Of a stretch of 54,886 bases of DNA, positions 38,724 through 47,900 are shown piece by piece. Origin of the DNA: Macrostomum lignano (Eukaryota); NCBI GenBank assembly GCA_002269645.1, contig NIVC01003747.1, positions 1-54,886 on the forward strand, read 5' to 3'. The stretch's first letter is position 1. The number at the start of each line of letters is the position of its first letter. Position numbers and translations under genes: made by a program. A model generated the notes under the pieces. The model did no database searches, had not been told where the DNA came from, and was given only the letters and a program-made list of their open reading frames with translations.

Positions 38724-41700
38724 TCTATCTCTATCTATATATACTAAAGTTGACGCGTTGTTTGTCTGTCTGTCTGTGTGTCTGTCTGTCATTTCGACAA
38801 CTCCTCCTTGAATAGTGCCAACTCAGCGTTGAAACTTATATGGGAAGATTGGAAATTATCCGAGGTCGGCTATAGGCTATTTTAATTCTGAAATTTTAAT
38901 TTCTAAGATCCTCAAAAAAGCAGAAAACGGCGGTCTTGACCTTTGATAATCTTAATTGTCCCCTCTTTCTGCTTGGAGCTGAAAATTTGCATGAATTTCA
39001 AGTGATTGCGCCACAACTTTTCCCTATCTCTGCAGTGTATTTTCTCTCCAGTGGGGGATGGGGCGTTCTAAATGGCTGCATGTGTACAATCGGACCCTGG
39101 CTCACTGGCTGACTGTATAGACAATTGCGCAAAGATTTGTGTTCTAATTTTCAATAGGCAGCCCTGTGATTTTGTTGAACCTTGAAATTCAATGCATAAA
39201 CTTGCGGGCCTCTTTAGCAGGCAGTGAACGTACAATCGATATTTCAATGCTTTAAATCAGAAAGTTTCAAACGCAAACTGTTGCTCGAGTTTTTAACTTT
39301 GAGAGAAAAAATTTATATTGCTGGAAAGAACTTGCAAAGCTGATTTCAGGGATATAAATTGTTTGCTTTAAATATGAAAACTAAAAGCTCTGCATTGCAA
39401 AAACTATTTCCATACTTTAAACTTTCTGCAAAGATTGTACTCATTTTAGGATTTCAATGGCGTTCGACCGACCCCCCAACAGTTAGGAGGTCGGTCGGTG
39501 TGTATTTGAGGGTTGATTTAGATTGCGCAATCTGTTTGTTAACTTTAACTGAGACTGATACTGACTAACACAGAAATATATTGCACAATCAATTGATTCA
39601 ATTGGTTCATTTTTTATTATCGGCCCTGTGTATTAGTTTGGCAGTGAAATTCAATGAATAAACTTGCGAGCTTCTCTAGCAAGTAGTCGGGAAATTGGTA
39701 AATTCAAACGCTAACTGTTCCTCGAGTTTTAAACTTTCAGAGGAGAAACTTATATTGCTGGAAAGATCTTGCAACGCTGAGTTCGGGGATATAAGTTGTT
39801 TGCTTTAAATGTGTAAAGAAAAAGCCCAGCATTGAAAAAACTATTTCCATGCTTTTAACTTTCTGCAAAAATTGTGCTCAGTTTTGCGAGACGTAATAGA
39901 TAAAGTTGGGGGGAGGGTTCAACTTCTCACTGCTGCTGTGTATTGGAGGGTTGATTTAGATTGCGCAATGTTTTTGTTAACTTTAACTGAGACTGATACT
40001 GACTGACTGTGAAATCGGTTGCACCATCAATTTGTTTTATTATCTGTGCCTTTCAATACGCTGCCCTGTGTAATAGCCAGCCTGTGTAATGAATGAATCA
40101 ACTTGCGAGCCTCTTTGGCAGGCAGTGAACGTACACTCGATATTTTAATGCTTTAAAACGGAAACTTTCAAACGCTAACTGCTCTTCGAGTTCTAAACTT
40201 TAAGAGAAGAGACTTATACTGCTGAAAAGATCTTGCAATGCTGAGTTCGAGGATATAAATTGTTAGCTTTCAATATAAAGACTAAAAGAGCAGCATCAAA
40301 AAAACTATTTCCATACTTTTAGCTTTATGCAAAGATTGTACTCATTTTTTGGTTCAATGCCCCCAACAGATGGGGGTTCAATTTCTAACTGCCACAGCGT
40401 ATTGAAAAGGGGTCGGTCTCTGTGTACTGGAGGGTTGATTTAAATTGCGCAATCTTTTGGTTAAATTTAACTGAGACTGATACTGACTGTGAAATCGGTT
40501 GCGCAATGAATTGATTCAATTAGTTCAATATTTTTATCTGTGCCTTTTAACACGAAGCTGTGCGTAGTTCTAACCCTAACCCTAACCCTAACCCTAACCC
40601 TAATGAATCTGGCGAGTTAAGTTGTTTGACGGAAAAAATTCGATTAAGTCAAGTTTAACGGAGACGATTTCAATGTTTAAATTCTGACGGAGAAGATTTC
40701 TGTTTCGTGGAGAGGATTTCGATGATGTTCAGTTTCACGAAAGGATTTCCATGGTGTTCAGTTTCACGGAGAGGATTTCGATCATGTTCAGCTTCACGGA
40801 GAGGCTTTCTGTTTCGCGGAGATAATTTATGATTGATTTCTGTTTTATGGAAACAATTTTGATGGATTTAAGTTTCAAGGAGAGGATTTCGAAGGAGTCC
40901 AGTTTCACTGAGAGGATTTCGATGGTTTTTAGTTGCACAGACAGGATTTTTGCTTCGCGGAGAGGATCTTGATGGATTTGGCATCTTCAATCAGTCAGAG
41001 AAGAGAGTAAAGAGAAGACTGAAAAGAGAAGAGAGAAGAGATGATAGAAAACAGAGTATAATTGAGTGGAGAGATTAGACATGACAGATTGGAGATGATA
41101 GGAGAGAGAATAGATGAGGGATAAGAGCGTACAGAGGCAATATAAGAGAGGGGAGAGTAGAGGAGAAAGAAAGAGTGAGATGAGGAGATGAGGGATGAGA
41201 GAGCAGGGGAGAGAGGAGACAGGATAGAGTACAGACGAAAGACTAAGGAGAAGATATAAATAAGGTAGTAAAGATGAGAGGAGAGAGAGGAGAGAGAAGC
41301 GAAAGGAGAAGTGAGTGAGGAGAGAGGAGAGAGATGAAAGGAGCAAGGAAATGAGAAAAGAGAGAATGGAGAGAATAGAAAAGAGAGAAGAGAAGAGACA
41401 GGGGATAGTGAAAAGGAGGAAGAAAGATGGGAGACAAGAAAGTAGTGTCAGAGCGTATATGAAATATGAGAAATGAGAGCAGAGAGAAGAGAAAAGAGAA
41501 GAGAGAGAGAGGGTTAAGAGAGACGATAGATAAGTGAGTAGAGATGACATATGAGAGAGGAGAGAAGAGGGAGAGATAAGAGTGAAGAGAGGAGACAGAA
41601 GACAGGAGAAGGTACAGACGAAAGACGAGGGAGAAGAGATAAATAAGGGAGCAGGGGTAGAGATGAGATGAGAGAGAGGAGAGAGGAGATATGAGAGACT

Positions 41701-41866
41701 TGAGAGTCTTTGAGCTATGGTCTTTGAAAGATTTTGTAAAGAATTTGGAGACGATTTGGAAGATAGGGTTAAAGACATGGAATTTCAGTTGATGGATATT
41801 TCAGGGAATGGAATTCCGGTGATGGGAGTTCTTCCCCTTTCTCCTCCGAAGGAGGAGTTCCACTCG
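38724..41866 (+). mobile_element. Helitron unit U14 (type B, three internal modules)
   Basis: Type B ends; module region matches U5. Confidence 0.88.
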
Positions 41867-44153
41867 TCTATCTATACTAAAGTTGACGCGTTGTTTGTCT
41901 GTCTGTCTGTCTGTGTGTGTGTGTGTCATTTCGACAACTCCTCCTTGAATAGTGGCAACTCAGCGTTGAAACTTATATGGGAAGATTGGAAATTATCCGA
42001 GGTCGGCTATAGGCTATTTTAATTCTAAAATTTTAATTTCTAAGATCCTCAAAAAAGCAGAAAACTCAAATCTTGACCTTTGATAATCTTATTTGTCCCC
42101 TCTTTCTGCTCGGAGCTGAAAATTTGCATGAATTTTAAGTGATTGTGCCATAAAATTTTGCTACCTTGGCAGTGTATTTTCTCTCCAGTGGGGGATGGGG
42201 CGTTCTAAATGGCTGCATGTGTACAATCGGACCCTGGCTCACCGGCTGACTTTATAGACAATTGCGCAAAGATTTGTGTTCTAATTTTCAATAGGCAGCC
42301 CTGTGTTTTGTTGAACCTTGAAATTCAATGCATAAACTTGCGGGCCTCTTTAGCAGGCAGTGAACGTACAATTGATATTTCAATGCTTTAAATCAGAAAG
42401 TTTCAAACGCAAACTGTTGCTCGAGTTTTTAACTTTGAGAGAAAAAATTAATATTGCTGGAAAGAACTTGCAAAGCTGATTTCAGGGATATAAATTGTTT
42501 GCTTTAAATATGAAAAGAAAAAGCACAGCATTGAAAAAACTATTTCCATACTTTTAACTTTCTGCAAAAATTGTACTCAGTTTTGCGAGACGTAATAGAT
42601 AAAGTTGGGGGGAGAGTTCAACTTCTCACTGCTGCTGTGTATTGGAGGGTTGATTTAGATTGCGCAATGTTTTTCTTAACTTTAACTGAGACTGATACTG
42701 ACTGACTGAGAAATCGGTTGCGCAATCAATTGATTCAATTGGTTCAATTTTTTATTTGAACACGCAGCTGTGTGTAGCTTTAACCCTAACCCTAACCCTA
42801 ACAATAACCCTAACCAATGAATCCTGATATTTATTTTTTTTGACGGAGAAAATTTCGATTGAGTCCAGTTTAAAAGAGAGAATTTCGATGGTTTTCAGTT
42901 TCACGGAAAGGATTTCGAAGGAGTCCAGTTTCACGGAGAGGATTTCGATGGTTTTCAGTTGCACGGACAGGATTTCTGCTTCGCGGAGAGGATCTTGATG
43001 GATTTGGCATCATCAATCAGTCAGAGAAAAGAGTAAAGAGAAGAATGAAAGCAGAAGAGAGATGAGATGATAGAAAACAGAGTAGAAATAAGTGGAGATA
43101 TTAGACATGACAGATTGGAGAGAAGAGGGGATTTAGGCGGGAACGAAGAGGGAGAGAGAAGAAAAGAGGAGAGAGGAGAGAAAATAGATTAGGGATAAGA
43201 GCGTACAGAGAAAATAGAAGAGAGGGGAGAGTAGAGGAGAAAGAAAGAGTGAGATGAGGGGATGAGGGATGAGAGAGGAGGGGAGACAGGAGAGACAAGA
43301 AAGGAGAAAAGAGGGGAGAAAGGAGAAAGGAGAGAGTAGAGACGAAGGACCAGTTAGAAGATATAAATACGGTAGTAGAGATGAGAGGAGAGATAGGAGA
43401 GAGAAGCGAGAGAAGAAGCGAGAGGAGAAGAGAAAGAGGAGAGAGGAGAGAGATGAAATAGATAAGAGAGTTAAGAGAGGAAAGTAGTGAGGAGAGGAGA
43501 GATGAGAGATGCGATGATAAGAGATGAGTGAGAACATAAGAGAGAAGAGAGAAGAGATTAGAGAAGAGAGGGGAGAAGATAAAAGGAGCAAGGAGAGGAG
43601 AAAAGATACAATGGAGAGGATAGAAAAGAGAGAAGAGAAGAGACAGGGAAAAGTGGAAAGGAGGAAAGAAAGATTGGAGACAAGTAAGTGGAGTGTGAGA
43701 GCGTATATGAGATATGAGAAATGAGAGCAGAGAGGAAAGAAAAGAGAAGAGAGAGAGGGTTAAGAGAGACGATAGATAAGTGAATAGGGATGACATATAA
43801 AAGAGGAGAGAAGAGGGAGAGATAAGAGATAAGAGAGAAGAGAGGAGACAAGAGACAGGAGAGGGTACAGACGAAAGACGAGGGAGAAAACATAAATAAG
43901 GGAGTACGGGTAGAGATGAGATGAGAGAGAGGAGAGAGAAGAGAGTCACGATAATAGCACAGAGTGGAGAGAGTAGATATGAGAGACGTGAGAGTCTTTG
44001 AGCTATGGTCTTTGAAAGGTTTTCTAAAGAATTTGGAGACGATTTGGAAGATAGGGTTCAAGACATGGAATTTCAGTTGATGGATATTTCAGGGAATGGA
44101 ATTCCGGTGATGGGAGTCCTTCCCCTTTCTCCTCCGAAGGAGGAGTTCCACTC
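41867..44153 (+). mobile_element. Helitron unit U15 (type B)
   Basis: Type B ends; the terminal G is missing at the junction (CACTC|TCTTAAT). Confidence 0.88.
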
Positions 44154-44928
44154 TCTTAATACTAAAAGTGGTGCGCTGTTTGTTTGTCTGTATGTGTGTT
44201 GCAATTTTTCTCCTAGACTACTGACAAGTCAGCGTTGAAACTTATATGGGAAAACTGCAAATTTTCCGGATTGGGTTTATAGCTATTTTAATCTTTAGGT
44301 TTTATATTTTAAGATCCCTAAAAAAGCAGAAAACTGATTTCCTAACCTTCTTTGGCCCTTCTGTGGCCACTCTGCCTCTCCATTGGAGGGGTTGCAGTCT
44401 GTTTGTAAAAATAGCCACCCCTACCTCCGCCCGCGGGTCGCTGTGTTTTGGGGGGGTGGGTGCGCGTGTTCCGCGTTCAATGCAAAACCCCCCCGCGTGT
44501 TGGGGGGTTCAATTAAATTTAACGATTCCCCGGAATGGGGGTTTGGGCTTGGGCTGAGTGTACGTAGCAGTTGTACAGTGTAAGCAGATAGATAGGACTG
44601 CCGAGATTCAATTGGTTTTATTGGCGCCTTGAGTCAGTCCATTGCATTGGCTGGGCAGTGGGGACAGACTGGTGGGGCTTAAGGTTCTTTTTTATTGATT
44701 TTTACTGACAAAAAATTGTGTACACTGACTGGGCCTTTCTTAAGGAGGCCAATTTTCAATTCTCTCTAGAGATTTTTCTCCAATCTGCTGAATCTGGTGA
44801 AATTTCTATTTGCTTATTCCTTCTATTCTTTTCTATTCTTTGCTTATTATCACCATCTACTTTCTATTTGCCTACTTTTGCTTTGTTTATTTTTGCCTGT
44901 TCATTGTTTATTGTATACGCGAAAGAAA

Positions 44929-47900
44929 ATGCCAAAACGCGGAAGTATTTCCCGTTCTACACGTGCTGCATCGGCAGCTAAAAAGCGCAGGGCCTCGGAG
45001 ACACCCGAGGAGCGCCAGCATCGCCTTGAAGCGAATCGACGGCGCACAGCCGAAAGCCGCGAGGCTGAAGGCGAGGTGAAGCGCCAGAATCGCCTTGAGG
45101 CGAATCGACGGCGCACAGACGAAAGCCGCGAGGCTGAAGGCGAGGTGGAGCGCCAGAATCGGCTCGACCACGACCGGCTGCGTGCTGCCGAAAGCCATGA
45201 AGCAGAGGCCGAAGCGGTCCATCAGCTTTGCTTGGAGGCGCAGCGGCAGCGCACAGCCGAAAGCCGTGAAGCCGAGGACGAGACGGTCCATCAGCATCGC
45301 CTGGAGGCGCAGCGGCAGCGCCAGAACCGGAATCGCGCGGCTGAGTCCGCTGACGACCACAACCGCCGCCTAAACGCACAGGCAGAGTGGCGCCGAGACA
45401 GGTAGGGGTTCCTATATATTTTTATTTTACATTCTGCTATTTTTATATTATTATATATTATTTTCTGAGACAATTAAACTCTGCATACAGAACTGGATTC
45501 TCAAGGAGAAGTCATGCCTTATGATTAAAATGCTTTTTCTTTCATTGTCACAGACTGCTGGAGCTGGCACACCGGCCACATGTGCTCGGTCGCATGGACC
45601 GCCAATGCCCGCACTGCAGCGCGCTACGCTGGAAGGACGAGCCAGCTAGCATTTGCTGTCACGCTGGAAAGGTGAGTCCATTTTTTATTTTAGTTTACTT
45701 TAATTGCTGCTTCATTATTGCTTTTTATACTAATCAATGTATACAGTATAAAACCTCTGACCACCAATGGAGTCATAGAAAATTGCGTGATGTGCTGCTG
45801 AAAGTCATTAATCCAACTTTAATCCAACTCAGACCGTCCTGGAGCCCCGCCGTGACCCCCCTGATGTCCTGAAGCGGCTTCTGACTGGCCAGCACCCAGA
45901 CAGCTCTCAGTTCCTGAAGGACATCAGGAAGTACAACGGCGCGCTCCACATGACGTCGCTCGGTGCCAAGCAGCGTGAGCAGCCCGGCTGGAACCCGAGC
46001 TTCATCCTCAATGGTCAGGTGCACCACAAGATCGGCAGTCTCTTGCCGGATCCGGGGATGAGGCCAGGTTCTGCCAGGTCTTTTTTGTGGACCAGGAGCT
46101 GCAAACCCGGCTGCAGTGGGCCACCGGACTGAACGGTCGTGTGCTGGAAGAGCTGCAAGCCATGCTGCATGCGTGCAACGGCTACGTGCGCAGCCTCAAG
46201 TCCGCCGTTGACTTGCTCCGCAACGACCCTCAGCTGCAAAGCGCCAAGGTCGTCATCAACCCTGATGCCCGTCCATCAGGGGAGCATGCCAGACGCTTCA
46301 ATTTGCCCGAGTGCAGTGAAGTCGGCATCCTGACGGACCTTGACGATACCGAAGGCGCAGCCCAGACGCGACGGCGGGACGTGATTTTGCGTCTGAGGGG
46401 CGGTGGTGAGTTCTGCATCCCGAAATTATGTTAAACTTTTTTTATTTGTTAATACAGGCGTTTAAATCATTTTCCTAAAAAGACTCAGACTTTTGCGCTT
46501 CTTTATGTGATAATGCACATGTATCGCTTAAATATTGAAGCAATTTATTATCTCTTGCTTTTGTGTGAATTGGAAGACTCAAGCATTCTGTTTCATTAAT
46601 TTAGTTGCTACTTATTTGCATTTAAAAATGAGAATGCGCCATTCATCATTTTTCATTCACAGGCCTCCAGAGCATCTGTGACACCCACCGCTCCTACGAT
46701 CCCTTGGAGTACGTCCTGCTGTTCCCATTTGGTGAGGACGGCTGGAGCATCGGACTCAAGCAGGATCGTGGCATCACTATCATGAAGTACTATGCCTTCA
46801 TGATCCAGGTGCGTCCAGGCCAGTTCAATAGCCTGCTGTACGGTCGCCGGCTCTTCCAGCAGTACCTGGTAGACCAGGCTGCTAAGATCGAGTCCGAGCG
46901 ACTTACGTACATCCGACTGCACCAAAAGGATCTGGTGTCGGAAAGTCTTCGGGGTCTCCGAGACGCGCTGCACGAGGACGACGGCAGGCCGGAGGAAGTC
47001 GGGAAGCGTGTCATTCTTACTTCCAGCTACGTGGGAGGTCCACGGTACCGTCTGGAGCGTCAGCAGGATGCCATGGCGTATGTTCACGCCTTTGGCCGCC
47101 CAGACCTGTTTCTGACGATGACATGCAACCCGAAGTGGCCGGAAATTCTGGCCGAGCTGCTTCCAGGACAGACTGCCGTCGATCGGCCGGACATTACCGC
47201 CCGGGTGTTCGAGCTGAAAAAGAAGGCCTTCCTAAACAGGCTGAAGAGTCTGTTTGAAGATACTCTGGCTCGAGTCTGCTCGCTGGAGTACCAGAAGCGA
47301 GGCAAGTGTGAAATTTGTATGAACTTTTGAAAATTTTAACATTTAAATGTTGCATTAACTGTCGCCTCAATAATTTCGTAAATTTCAATAGAGTTTTTAA
47401 TTTTATCTACATCCAGGTCTTCCCCACGTGCACGCGCTGCTTTGGCTGGCGAACAAGCTGAAGCCGGATCAGTACGACGCCGTCATCAGCGCGGAGATCC
47501 CGGACCCTGTCGCCGACGCCGACCTGCATCAGCTGGTGGCGGAGAACATGCTGCACGGTCCCTGTGGACAGCAGCTCAATTCTGCCGCGGCGTGCATGGA
47601 GAAAGGCAGGTGCAGCAAGCGCTACCCGAGGGAGTTCCTGGCCGCCACGAAGGTGGAGGAGGATGGCTACCCGCATTACTGCCGCAGATCCGTCGAGATG
47701 GGCGGCTTCACGGTGACGAAGCTCGCAAAGCTGCGCGGCGGTCAGAGGGTGATGTTCACCTTTGACAACCGCTGGGTGGTGCCGTACTGCCCAGCGCTGC
47801 TGCGCGAGTTTCGCTGTCACCTGAATGTCGAGATCTGCGCGACAGTTCGGGCCATCAAGTACGTGGTGAAGTACATCACCAAGGGTAGCGACATGGCAGC

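Larger units (their letters stand above)
12736..42815. repeat. Fifteen dispersed short (CCCTAA)n tracts, one per non-autonomous unit, near 12736, 15268, 16900, 20081, 22604, 25052, 27500, 29424, 31872, 33064, 34288, 35480, 37311, 40570 and 42781
   Basis: Read directly; 2-5 CCC runs each, always at the same homologous position just before the 30-bp subrepeat region. Confidence 0.9.

Noticed and set aside
12736-42815. (CCCTAA)n tracts as a true telomere or chromosome-fusion scar
   Set aside because: The tracts are about 18-35 bp, all in one orientation, and fixed inside a mobile unit.
12901-44061. Many Ser/Leu/Pro-rich (minus strand) and Arg/Glu-rich (plus strand) ORFs of up to 332 aa
   Set aside because: They are translations of GA/TC low-complexity blocks, and their frames are not conserved between homologous units.
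11623-44153. CRISPR-like reading of conserved junction repeats with variable spacers
   Set aside because: The intervening sequences are 1-3 kb and homologous to each other, the context is eukaryotic, and there are no cas genes. Only the polarity analogy is kept, as a hypothesis.
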